Part shown: positions 11,291 through 24,400 of the stretch, one piece after another
Layout of the letters: every line of letters begins with the position of its first letter
Position numbering within the stretch: position 1 is the first letter of the stretch
From: Girardia tigrina
Lineage: Eukaryota
DNA: 50,676 bases
NCBI GenBank assembly: GCA_001938485.1
Contig: MQRK01228241.1
Span: 1-50,676 of the forward strand
Direction of reading: 5' to 3'
Position numbers and translations under genes: made by a program
The notes under the pieces: generated by a model
What the model was told of the DNA's origin: nothing
Seen by the model: only the letters and a program-made list of their open reading frames with translations
Databases searched by the model: none

Positions 11291-12928
11291 TTTACATATT
11301 ACACAATTTTTACCTCTTAGTTTATACTCAACTGATTTATATATACTTTAGAAGATGCATTTTTTTACGAAAAAAAGATAAAAAGAGAATTAAATCGCAT
11401 AAATATAAATAAATAATCGACCATAAATCATTGTCAATTTTATAAAGTAAAACTTTAATTAAAAATATTTGCTTTTATGAAGGGTAATTCATGCCCGGGG
11501 GCCTCTAGAATATGCCAATCAGTATAAATCTGATTCATGTTTTGTAAGGAAGTCTTGCAACAAAACTCTTGTTTTCAGTCGAACTTGAAACCCAATTTTA
11601 AATTTACATATATTTATACTTTAAGAATATTTTCCCCATCATTCTTTTGTCAAACAAATGACAAATTACAAATCACAAGAAGCCAAATTTTGGTTCTACA
11701 GAGGTTTATAAGACAATTTCGACAATTAATTTTACAATTTAATTCATATAAGTGTAAGTTCAGTGAATTAGTTGAACTGATTCTTTACTTAGAAACTTGT
11801 AAAAACATGAACTATAAATATATTTTACAATATGCAATGTACTTTTAAATGGCTAAATAAGAGTGAAATAAAAATTAAATAATTATTAAAATACTGGCGC
11901 TTAGTGTAAGTCTAATGTTAATGGATAACGAATTATACTTGATGACAAGAGGGGAATTCGTTTTATTTTCTATATGACAGTTCTCCTTTCTCTTTTGGTT
12001 TCCAAAATAATTTTTTAAGATACAATTTCTGTCTAGTTTTATGTATCTTTGAAATCTCAAACATTACAAATGATGCAACAAACTTAATTTATTAATATAC
12101 TAATTTCAGGAAAAGAAATCAGTCTTTTTATTTATCTTTACTTGATTATGATAAATGTCTTCGTTTTGTTATATATACAATTTTAACAATGATTTCCTCA
12201 AATTTATGAAGGTTATTTCTGGCCGGTAAAAAAGAACTAAATAACTTACCTAGTGCTTTTTTGTGAGATCGATTACTCTTTTCGCAATTCAGTTGCAACT
12301 AGTGTTGCTGTAGCAGCCATTGCTTCCGTTAAACCAGTTTTGTTGATCCCTTTCATCTTCTTCTTGACTTTGAACTTGTTAATCATTTTTTATTTAAAGG
12401 GGACATTGAATTAAGAAAATATAGTTTTCTGTACAATGTCTTAATTACACGATGTTGTAATTGATTGTAACAGTGATCTTATTGACTAAAATCACGACGC
12501 AGTAGATTAAAAATCACTAAACATAATCACTGAATAATAAAGGAACTAGGGGGATTATAAAAAAGTAGCTCAAAGGCCCACATGAATACCTGACAATGCA
12601 CTATAAAATATTGACCGTAGATGTTGTTTAAACAGGAATTTGAAGCTACAGTAGACCAGTAATAATTGTTAATAAGTGATAGTCCGTGTAAAAGTGCACT
12701 TGTATTTCTTGATTTGGTAACATAACATTGAGTATAGTAATTTAGGAAATTAAAGATCTCTTAATAATCTTTTAATCATTTTCTTTCAAAATGATTTTCT
12801 ATCGTTTTTAATACCGGAAATGATAGAAAATTGGACATAATAATAAAAAGTTAAATAAATAACACTAAATTTTTGTAATCAATTTATTCGTGATCTTATT
12901 ATTATAAATATTATTATACTAGAGAGTT

Positions 12929-13060
12929 TTAGCCCTCGTGCCAGTCTTTGCTGGTTGCCACAATTTTCATTAGTTTCAATAATTTCTCTAAATTATTTTG
13001 TTCATAACTTCTAGACTCACTACCTATTCTATACCTTGTAATAAATGTTTCTTCGCTGGA
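12929..13060 (-). mobile_element. RTE-clade LINE 3' remnant
   Basis: RIGSESRSYEQNNLEKLLKLMKIVATSKDW resembles the RTE ORF2 C-terminus. Confidence 0.35.
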
Positions 13061-14099
13061 CTTTTGACGATTGATTATGAAATTTAAATAACCTTTGTAT
13101 GGTTCCAAATATTGAGTCTCCACTTGCTATATAAAACTTTATTAATGTTTCTTCTTACGTACAATTCAATGAAGAGACAGCATGCAAAGTTTAGCCAGAA
13201 TCGGTTCGTTATTCAATGCTGAAAAATAATAATTTAGAATCAGCAAGATTGCAACTGTTGGTCGGTTGAAAATTTTCGATGCAACACTCCAAAAATGATA
13301 TTGAATCAAAAAGATTTTGCCGTTTAAATATTTTTTACCTTTTAATTGGTTGCTATAATTTTTTATGATTTGCATACTACTGCCCAGTATAATATAATTG
13401 CAGTGCATTCACAAACAGAAAAAAATTTCCGCATAATTATGTGAACTGTAACTACTATAACTGGAGCTGTTCAATGCATCGATTCAACAGAAATTTGAAA
13501 AAAATTTCAAGAATTTGTATGGTTTCGAAATGAATTTAGCCATTTTTATGATGCTATATTATTATTGAATTAAATTAATTTAATTTTTTTATATTTAATA
13601 TCTACTTACAATTGTAAATAAATAATGAAAGCGTTACGCGACAGAAAAACACATGACCACTGGTTGTTTATATATATATATATATATAATTTTATTATAG
13701 GAGAATTTTTTAGCATTGTTAGGAATTCAGAAATTTTATTAAATATTATTGAAATGTAAAATTAAATATTCCGATTAAAATGTAGAAAATTTAAAAAATA
13801 TGTAATTATTTGATCATTGCATAGCATTGCAACTCATTGGTAAAATATAAGATTTAATCTATAATTTTAATATTATTTTAGCTATAATATTCTCCGTTTT
13901 GTATGAAAAAAATAATAAAACGTTGTTGAAGTTCCTCGGCCTGGGTATTCTGATCTTTGTCATTATATGTTTTTGTTTGATTGCTGCACTTACGACAGAA
14001 TCTTCTTAGATCTTATTGCATTATTTATTTATATGGAAATTATAAAAAATAATTGATGTATTAAAACTAAATAATGAAACCTTTAATAAAGTATCTTAC

Positions 14100-14250
14100 C
14101 GATATATATATGATCCGATTGATAGGACATAGACTGAATGATTTCTATCCCATTAATTGATAGCCATATCAGCAGAACTGAATATATAAATAAAATACTT
14201 TTACAAATCACGAATAAAACAAGGGTAATTAAAAAGGATTTTAAAGTCAT
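14100..14250 (-). CDS. Prohormone-4-like precursor, first coding exon (signal peptide)
   Basis: ATG at 14250; MTLKSFLITLVLFVICKSILFIYSVLLIWLSINGIEIIQSMSYQSDHIYI; G|GTAAGA donor in phase 1; hydrophobic N-terminus. A possible internal 27-nt intron lies at 14178-14204. Confidence 0.65.
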
Positions 14251-15774
14251 AATTAAAAGTTCTATGAATGTTTGATTATTTTTGTTAATTCGTACATTCT
14301 TTCTATATCAAAGCAATCAAAGCAGGTACATATTTCATTAAATAATTACCTTAAAGACTTGATTAAAAAATTAAAAAAAAGTTACGATGCTAATTTTTTG
14401 CTTTCAAATATGATATAAACAGTATAATTCACGTTTACCATGTTTTTCTTCATCTTAACCATTTTGACTCATTTTATCATATTATTTATTCGAAAATTTC
14501 TCATTCATCTGTTTCTATTTACCTCAATCTTCCTTTCTATCAATTATTCTTTGAATATTTAGTTACTCGAAAACGTATATCTTGAGCATAATCGTTGATG
14601 AAAGTTTTCTTTCCTGTTGAGTCTTTAACTATTGAGCCTTCATAAAAAAAGAATTCATTGTAAAAGGTCATGGGGATCCTTTAAACCCTAAGAAGTACTA
14701 ATGATCTTCTTTTCTGGTGTTATTTTTAGATCTTACATTTGGTGATTCTGCATAATTTACAATGATATTTCCACAGATTTGAAAACCAAAAGGATAAAAC
14801 TCGAATAACTAGTCAGGGATATCAAAAAGTTGAACACCCTAAACCTTTAGGGTTTTACAATCCATCATCTTCATAATTTTTTTTAATCTCATCCCAAAAC
14901 TTTTAACTTAAAATCATCAAACATTTAAATTAAAAAAAATTCAAAACTTTTTTAAAATATTAATAATTCCTAATTAATAAAAATAATAATTCAATTAATT
15001 TAAATCAAATATAAATGATAAAATAAATAAAAATATTAAATTCCTACAACAACTGAAAGGGATTCTAGTAAAAGTTTTATTAAAATAATAAATTAATATT
15101 TTTAATAAAATTAATTAAAATTCAAACCGTAAAAGAAAATCATTAAATCCTTTATTTCGATGACAGAAATAAATTCATTGTTTAAATAACTTCATTTTCA
15201 TTGGTTAATTTATCAATCATTTAAAAATTAATAATTTTTATATCATTTTATTTGCATTTTTAATTAGAAAAAGATTTTTCGAAATATTTTCAAAATATTT
15301 ATTTTGTATAATAATTTGTAAATTATATAAATATTTTGCAAATTGTCTGTGAAAGAGACTTTTTGTTTATTTAATACTACTTTTTTAGTTAGGAAACGTA
15401 AGAAAAATTTTGATATTTTTTATATATTTTTCTTATAAAAATATAATGATTTATAAAAAAAACGTTATTATATTAGTTTTATTATTTATAATTTTTTTAA
15501 ATTAAACAAAAATATAAAATATAATAAGTTGGTTATTAAATAAGAACAATTGTGTTTTAAGTCGTTATTATTTTATGGTATGATAAATTAAAATTTATTG
15601 ATTTTTATAACCGGTATTGTTTTTGTAGATATGATTCATCTTTAAATAGTTCATTAATAGATTTTGTTTCGGAATTTAAATTATACATTATCTTTATTAT
15701 ATTATCCTCTCTCTCCTTGCCCTAAGACGATTCAAATCAACATTTTATATGTATGATAAGTATAAATAAATATA

Positions 15775-16690
15775 CAGGTTTGATTCAAAAGTTTCTGCTG
15801 ATGAATAAAGCTTTCTAAAATTAGTTCTATGCATTCGCGGTTAATGAAATTTTAACCATGTACTCTTTGTAGTTTTAACAATATATGTTAAAATCTTCAC
15901 AATTTGAACAAAACTTGTATAATAAAATACTTAATTTGTATGAAATTAAACATTGTTTAAATCTATTATGAATGTTTTTCATTTTTCTAGAGAGTATTCG
16001 TACTGAAAATGCAGTTTTCTCGAGAATATATTAGAAAAATCATTTATTACAACTGAAAGAGAGGACTGTCAACTGCCAATAATCATAAAGAAATCAACTG
16101 CATCCTTGGTGAAGGCACAGTTGGCCTCAGAACATGCTCCGACTGGGTAGCAAAATTCAATAGTGGAAACTTTGTCTGTGAGGATGAGCCACGCAGTGGA
16201 CGGCCGTCATACAATTTGGAAGAGGAGATACTAACTATTCTCAAAGAAGATCTACAAGCTACATCAAGAAAAATTTCTTAGTGCATTGAGAGTGACAAGG
16301 AGACTGTAAGAAGACGATTGATTCAAATGGGAAAGCGCTATTTGTGCCACGTGTGGATACCAATGTGCTGACTGCTGCAGCAAAGACAAAAAGAGTTACA
16401 ATCTGTGAGCCATTACTTCGACAGCTCTACCACAACAATTTTCTATATCGCCTTATTACAGCTGATGAAACCTAGGTTTATTGGCAAAACAGTGGTCAAC
16501 AATGAAACAAGTCTTGGCGAGGCGCTGGAGATAAACCAGTAACGGAATCAAAAACCCTCCTTACCAAAAAAGAAATTCATGCTAAGTCTATTCTGGGACT
16601 CACAAGGGATTATTTGTCACCTAATGAGAGTATCACTGCCCAATATTATTGTGACCTGTTGGAAAAATTGAACTTCTCTAACTTCTCCAA
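15775..16690 (+). mobile_element. Second mariner transposon pseudogene, 3'-truncated
   Basis: TA|CAGGTTTGATTCAAAAGTTTC TIR. From ATG 16009: MQFSREYIRKIIYYN*KRG...DWVAKFNSGNFVCEDEPRSGRP...VWIP...LITADET*VYW...FMLSLFWDSQGII...ITAQYYCDLLEKL, with stops and frameshifts. Confidence 0.9.
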
Positions 16691-19023
16691 ACGTAGTTAC
16701 CAAAAAACGTAAATATTTGCTAGATTTTCAGAAAAAAATACAAAAAACGTCTCCAAATTATATAGCATGAATATTATCATTTTGGCTAGGGGTGGTTCAA
16801 TAAAATATTAATTTTAGTATAAAATAAAATAAAAAAATATTAAAACAATTGTAAGTGTTTACTAATTGTGTTTTTGTTTTTTTTCTTGAGTTCATTATAA
16901 AGTATAATATCATGTATTTTTGTAATTTGATGTCCAGCATGGTACAGTTAATTTATAAAATATCAAATTTTGTGAATTTTGCAAAAGAAATCCATATAAA
17001 ATCTGTTTAACAAAACATAGAATGTTAAATTTTTTTAATATCAAACAAAATTATAATTTTCCTGTCTTAAAACGCCATCCCTAAAATCTCACAAAGTTTT
17101 GAATAAATTTATGTCATAAGAGCTTTAAAACATACTTTTGTATATTACGAAATTATTTTTTTAATAATTAATTTAATGAATTATAAATTATTAAAAAACA
17201 ATTTCGAAAAAAATGAATGAAGAACAACTGTATGAAAAAATTCGAAATACTTTATATAATATGAAACATTTATAATTATATTTTACAGTAATAAAATTAA
17301 TAATAGTAAATTATTTTTAAAATAATTTTTTTTATGCATTTATTTTTTATAAAATTTGTTTCTCAAATAAAAAGTTAATCTAATAAAAAATATAAAAAAT
17401 TATCACATTTAATTTTCATTTTATTTTTACAAATACATTTTTTCATATACGATTATAGTTTTATTTTGAACAAACTCCTCTCAAATATTTATACAAAACA
17501 AACTAAATTACAATTTCAGAAGTGAGAATTTTGCCAAGAAAATTTCATATTTCTGAATTTTTAATGATTTTTGGAAATATTCTATCTACTCCAAAAAAGG
17601 AAGAATATTTTATCAAAAAATTATGCTTAATAAAACATTAATTTAAAAATATTTTAATTTTTCAACTGAATTACATTTTTTGTTTTTATTTTATTATTTT
17701 CATATAATAAATATTTAATATTATTGATTTTAATAATAATTTTGGTATAAAAATTATATATAACTTGATTATAAACTTTATTATTAAAATAATAATAATA
17801 AAAATTATAAAGATTTATATATATATATATATTTATACCTCATATTATTAATTTTAATATTCATTTTGGCATCAAAAAATAATAAATAATTTCATTATTT
17901 ATTTACTTATTTTATAAAAAATATACAACAACAAGACTTTGTCTATGTAATTTTTATTTATATTTTTCATGCCAAAAAATTACTGATGTAAATGTTCGTT
18001 TCCTGCAGGATATTTATTCATATATGATAAAGTACAATTTTTGTTTTATGAATAACTGATGTTTTGAAATACAAATTGCGTGTTTCATTCATTAAAATTA
18101 TGATGACTTCTAAAAGTCGCAAAGTAATTTCAGTATTATTGATATGGAAAACTACAAAGAAACCGCAAAAATAATAAATTTGGATATTAAACATATTTGA
18201 TGAAGCCTAAAGTCAGCATTTAGCCAGAATGATATTTATATAAATTATAATTAATACTTTTCTAATAAGTATCATTCGAATAATCATTTATTAAATCATT
18301 AAAATCCTCTCCATGTTTCGTTTTTGAAAAAAACATAATTACAATTGTAAAAATCTAAAATTTATTTTCATTTTACGTTTCAAGTTAAACACATTTACAA
18401 CATCTTGGTACGTTCTTCATAGAATTTCTAGTACAAATAGGGCCAAAAAATGTCTTAGTGACTTTTTAAAATAAGTTTTTACAATAAATTTAATCAAACT
18501 TGTAAGAACTGCACTCTATAAAGAAGGTGTCGGTCAAGAGAGGCGCAGAAACATATGTTTGCTGTGTTTTCTGACTTATAAATAAATAAAATAAAACATA
18601 ACAAATAAATAGTAAAAAATTAATTTGTCTAAGTTTTTTCAGAGTAGGATTTTTATAAGTAGGGCTAAATATTAGTTCGAAGTGGTCTTGAACATATTAA
18701 ATGTGTAGTATAAATAAATATCAGATTTAGAAATATAAAGTATTAATATAAAATCTAAATGTAGAAAATATTTCTAATTTTTAAAAAAATTTCAAGGAAT
18801 ATTTTTTTTAAAATGAAAGTTGCATTGAAAATAATTTTGTTAATCGATTTAAATAAATATATTTAATTTTTAGAGTGTTAATATATATATTTTGTATACC
18901 ACTATAAAAGTTGATTATTTGATATTTTACGAATGCTTAAAAAAGTATCAATTTAATTAAAAAGGATTGCTATAAAATATCAAAATTTTTTGAAAATCAG
19001 GTTTAAAACCCTACAAATATAAT

Positions 19024-19080
19024 CTTCTTCTTGTGGTACCTTGTCCCTTCAGGACATTGGCACTCATTGACCTCCCCAAC
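19024..19080 (-). mobile_element. RTE-type LINE 3' tail
   Basis: (GAA)n tail on the minus strand next to the stem-loop TGTCC-CTTCA-GGACA. Confidence 0.4.
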
Positions 19081-20180
19081 AAATAAAAAGTAATTATATA
19101 AAATTATTGGATTAGAAAAATATGGCCATGAGTATTGATTGTTAATAGAATAATATAATACAACAAAACATATGTCGTCATAACGCCATCATTAGTTGTG
19201 AAAGAATTTCAGATTAAAAATCATTTTTATGGCACATTGATTATTACACAATCCATCTTTTTTTATTTTAATTATAATAATTAATTTATAGTTATAAGTG
19301 AGAATTTTTTTTATGTATAAAGTTGTAATTAAATGCAAACCAACGTTAGTAAAGTATCTTTTCATTTCATTTTCTACATTTTAATTGCTTATTTAATTAT
19401 ATATTCTGATTTTTAACATGGAATTTTCGAATGAAAGTCCAATTTTTTATTAACTGAAAGCAACTGTATTTATTCTCGGAACCCGCTTTCCTTCTCGATT
19501 CATCTTCCTTACATTTTATGATTGTTATCAGTGGAATTTTTTTTATTTGATACATAAATTTAATTTAATTTATTTTTGTATTAAATATATTTGTAGTTAT
19601 ATTTATTTATTTTGAAATATTTAATACATTTTAATTTAGATATGTTGAGGTTATATTTTAAAATCTATAGTTTAGTGTATTTTATTAATAAATATTGAAA
19701 AATATTTATGTTTCATCGGTGGAATACTTATGTTTAATAAAATTAAAATCATATTTTTGCATAAACAGTTAAAGAAAATAATAAAAACAAGATATCAGAA
19801 GAAAGATAAAAGTCAAGAAATGATAAACAAAAGAATTTAAATAATTTAAATAATTAAAAAGTTGATTATTATTTATTATTTTAAAAATTAATTAAGAAGT
19901 ATAAAAATTATTAAACTATTTGTCCTTAAAGGGGAACAGAGGTCATTTTTGTTTATCGTAGTTATTCGAGGCAGTTTGGCATTTGCGGACTGTATTATTT
20001 TAAATGCAAGCCTCATGAAAGACGATGTGAAGAAGTGAACTGACATTTAAATCAGTAAAGTCGATCAGAGAAATCGACTATAAAAATTGAAAAAAAATTA
20101 TAAAATACATTTTTTTTAGATATAAAAAATATATCTATTTAAATCTAAATATTGAACAAACTGCTATATTGAAAATATAT

Positions 20181-20384
20181 TGTACAATCGAGAAAATATA
20201 TAAATTCTTGATTAAAACTGAGTAACTGTGAAAGGTTCTCAGTAAGTATAAAATCGACCAGGAGCCTCAACGTTGTAATAAAACTTTTTCTGTTATTTAT
20301 TTTGTAAATTTATATAAATATAAATAAAGATTTTATATTATTTGTTTTTTTATAAGAATATAAAAATACCAGAAATCCTCAACA
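20181..20384 (+). mobile_element. Putative 5' LTR of a Ty3/Gypsy element
   Basis: TG...CA ends (left end approximate), TATAAAA at ~20248 and AATAAA at ~20277, immediately upstream of the PBS. Confidence 0.55.
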
Positions 20385-20388
20385 AATT

Positions 20389-20406
20389 TGGCGCCCAACG
20401 TGGGGC
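20389..20406 (+). promoter_or_regulatory. Primer binding site complementary to the tRNA-Lys(CTT) 3' end
   Basis: TGGCGCCCAACGTGGGGC, the 18-nt tRNA-Lys1,2 PBS. Confidence 0.9.
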
Positions 20407-20586
20407 AATACACGTTTTAATAATCCATAAAGGATCTCTTAAATATCAGTCATCTTGTTGAGTTTTCTCGTATTTATTTTTTTTCTTTCTTTTACATACA
20501 GTTTAAAGTTAAAAGTATAAATAAAATACATAAACACAACGGAGTTAAGAAGTAGAACAATAAAAACAGAGGTTACACCAAACACA

Positions 20587-21494
20587 ATGAGTAAAAAGGC
20601 TGGGTAAACAAGAATACAAAAATCATTAGATTTTCTCCCTTTAGATAAATTTTCAGGTAAACAGGAAGACTTTGACACATATTTTACAGAAAAAAAAACT
20701 ATGCCATAGCATGTGGTTGGGAAGAATCAGATATGATTAAAAGGTTCCCATTATATTTACAAGGTTACACTTTGCAAGCATTTGAAACTATAAATAAAGA
20801 ATTAACAGAAATTGATAAAGTAATAAAACAATTAAGAGAAATAGTAGTAATAGATTCAGAATTAAATAAAATATACACTATAGCATTCAGAAATTGTAAA
20901 CAGAAATCTAAAGAAACAATAACAGAATATAGTTTTGCACTCAGTAAATTAGCAAATAAAGTCTTCGGAGAAAAGGCTAGAATAGGATCAATTGTTCAAG
21001 ATCAGTTTTTATAGGGTATACATGAGTATATAGGAAATGCATTGACATTAATTGATTACACAGACTATAATGATTTAGTTATCGATAGAAATAATATTGA
21101 AATTTGTACCCCAGATTCACAACCTATCTTTAAGAAAAATGTAGATTCGGGAAACAGTCACCCTTCCGAAAAGAGGGGAGGTGGTGGTTTCTCGGATCAA
21201 TTTAATAATAATAATGGAAATGTAAGAAATGATGATGGGGTGGAGCACAATAATTTTAACAGAGGCCGAGTAAATAATTATAGAGGAAATTATACAGGCC
21301 AAAATAATAACAGAGGGGGTAATAATTATAATAATAATAATAACAGAGGCAATATAAATAATAAGGTCTCAGATATAAATGAAGAAGATATAACGGATAA
21401 CTTTAGAGATTATCGCTCAAACAATTACATGTCGTATTCGGAAGAACATGGAAATTACTCACATGTTTTTGTCTTTTCTTTGCTTAATATTTAA
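20587..21494 (+). pseudogene. Ty3/Gypsy gag pseudogene
   Basis: LDKFSGKQEDFDTYF...ACGW...FPLYLQG...FRNCKQKSKETITEYSFALSKLA...DQFL*G, with stops and a frameshift; N/G/R-rich tail; no recognisable pol follows. Confidence 0.8.
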
Positions 21495-24400
21495 TAACAA
21501 CTAAGCATAATAATTATATAAAAACTTTAATAAAACAAAAACATCAAACCACAAAAATCTTAATGGAGGAAGACCCATACACTAGAAATGAATGAACATA
21601 CACAAAAAATAAATTCAGAATATGATCATAGTCCAATACTTCAATATCTGGATGAAAAAGACGGAGCTTATAAGATACCAAAACAGACATTAAGTGAAAT
21701 ACAAAAAAGTCAAATTAAACCATTTTCATTTAATAGAGAAGAAGAAGAAGTGTATAATGACAACAATAAACGCATGATAGTGATGAAAGTACATGATGCA
21801 CACCAATTCAAGATATCCGATATTATGGGGGTATATCGAGAAGATATTCAAACTACGTCGAATTACCCTCATTTTCAGGTATTAGGCAGTTTCATTAAAA
21901 CATTAATTGCGTGGAACCATATAAAACAAACATAAACAAAAAATACAGGTTTTGATATGAAAAATTAAATATACTGAAAAAAAGATTTTAAAGCTAAAAA
22001 TAAGAATTTGGCAATTTTTCAGTAATTTGTTACAGCCTGTCCATTTAAAAGTTTGTGATTTTTTGTGGTTCTTTCAATAGATGAAATACTCAAAGATATT
22101 TTGATTAGAACAAAACACATTGTGGATTTAACTTAAATCATTTAAGTGAATTAATAGGAAAATATTTCAATGATATTTTTTAATATTCCTTCTTTTTTAA
22201 AAATTATTATTCAATAATCAGCTTTTATAAAGTACTTGTGAGGCTTTCGTTGGTTTTGTAAGGGAAATTTATAACAATTTAGCACAATTTAAAAAAATAG
22301 ACCGCACTTTAAAGTTAGAAATAATTGCTTTTGATGTAAAAAAATCAATTATGAGGGTTACTTTACAATAAGTATTTGAAATTCTATTGGTAAAACAAAG
22401 CTTGACTTGCTATTTAGTATCCTTTAATTTTCTAATTCTGTAAATATCTGAATAATTAAGGAATTAATCGGAATAAGTCAAATAGTTTTTAAAAATATAT
22501 AGGAAGCAGTATTTATTATTTTTCATTTCTTAAGTAGATGTTTGATATAAAAAGACAGCTACAGGAAATCATTGGTCAAAAACAAAACGTGCATTTTCTA
22601 TTTCATGAGTGAACAGTATTTCAAAATATGTAATTTATTTTTACTTATAATTTCAAGGGGATATATATAAATATTTATAAATTTTACCATGTTTTGATAT
22701 AAAATGTATTTATTTCTAAATTTAATATTCTTTTGCATTTCATTGAAATAATGTAATTCTCGAGAGTGAAATATTCATTTCCCAATTAAAATCATTCGAC
22801 GAAAAACGTCTATCCATAACCTAATGGTTCTAGTTTTCGTTTCTTAATGATTTAATTTTTCTATCCACTCATTTTTTGTCATTTAATTATTCGAAATTTC
22901 TTTTAAATAATATATTGTAATTTAAAATAGTATTTTTTTATTTCATCAACAACATTGACAATTAATACAAATATTTTATAAAAAATAAAACAATTCATAA
23001 AAATTGTCAATTTAAAAAAATTAAAACATTATTAATTTTTAAATTATCAAAATGAAAATGAATTAAAATACGATTTACATACAGAAACTAAATTGTGATT
23101 TATTTGAACCGTTTGTTTTAATATTACCGTTTACATTAACTAATTAACCGTCAATTTAAAATTCAAGGTTATTCAGTTTTTGACAATTCTTACTTATTTA
23201 TCGTTTCGGTTATTCTGCAAATAAAAATTGGTAATTTTTAAAATGTTTAAAATTTTTAAAATTTATTATTTAAAAAATATTTTTTTCTATATTTTTTTCA
23301 AAAATTTTAAAAATTTAATTTATTTTTTTTGTTTATTATATACAGAAATTAGAAATTGATTTTATATTTTTGAAAAATATGATTTTAATAAAACCGATGT
23401 TTTTTCTTGCATGAATTAAAAATGAGTTTCTTTTATGATAGAATAAAAGAGTCGTATAATGAATGTATTTGTTGTAATTATTACTGTTTACTGTTGCGTA
23501 ATAACAAGCTGTGATAGTCAATACCAGTAGTAAATTTAATTTATAAATATTTATGTATATATCTGAATTAAACTTCAAATAATACAAAGAAATTTATTGA
23601 ATAACATTTTTAAGAAATTAAATTTTGTGTGAATTTACTATTACTTATTTATAATTATTATTTCTTAAGATGTTCATTTAAAATTTTTGTAAATCGTGGA
23701 AAATAAAGCTGGTAGAAGTACATTAGTTGTTAGTAAAATAAGTCGATTTTATTTTTTGTTTAAATGTCATCATGTTTACTAAATTCTAAAATATATTTTA
23801 TTTTTGATAATTTTTTTACAGTACTCTATGTTCTTTATACAATAAATATGTTATCCTTATTTATATTTTATGTATATTTTATATTTTTCTATGGTATGTT
23901 GGAATTCAAATGCTTTAGTATAATATTTTTTTGTTTTGCTAAATTGACTTTTGGTTTGATAGAAAAAGAATAAGTTCAAGCAGATTATAACTGAAAAGTT
24001 GCAAAATTATTAGGTGCTAATACTGAAATGAAAAAAGACAGGGCTTATCTAAATTTTCAATACAAGAAATAAAGAATTTGAAAATAAAAATTATCTAACA
24101 TATTGTGTCCTGTTGAATAGTTCCTCAAAACATAAAGCTGCACCAAGAAAAATCATTGTCTAAATCAATCCGAATTAAATTTTATAATTTATGAGAATTT
24201 TGAGTCAATTCAAAGTATAGTGGAATATTGAAATAGACAAATTTTAAAATAAAGAATAGGTTTCAGAGAAGTTCAGAATAATTTAATTATATATTATAAT
24301 TATGATTGCTTTGAATTGGCAATAACCATAAAAATATGAATATCAATAATGTATTATGATGAATTGCGAATTGACAATTTTAGTTGTGGAAAAGGTTAAA

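Noticed and set aside
14560-14900. Harbinger-like transposase fragment (ITPERRSLVLLR, minus strand)
   Set aside because: A single short motif with many stops; insufficient evidence.
20389-20406. tRNA gene
   Set aside because: Only 18 nt, including the complement of CCA, so it is a retroelement PBS and not a tRNA locus.
23336-23973. Hydrophobic AT-rich ORFs (also 8407-8589, 11537-12060, 35878-36066, 37692-37895)
   Set aside because: F/I/L/N/K/Y-biased chance ORFs with no motif or splice support.
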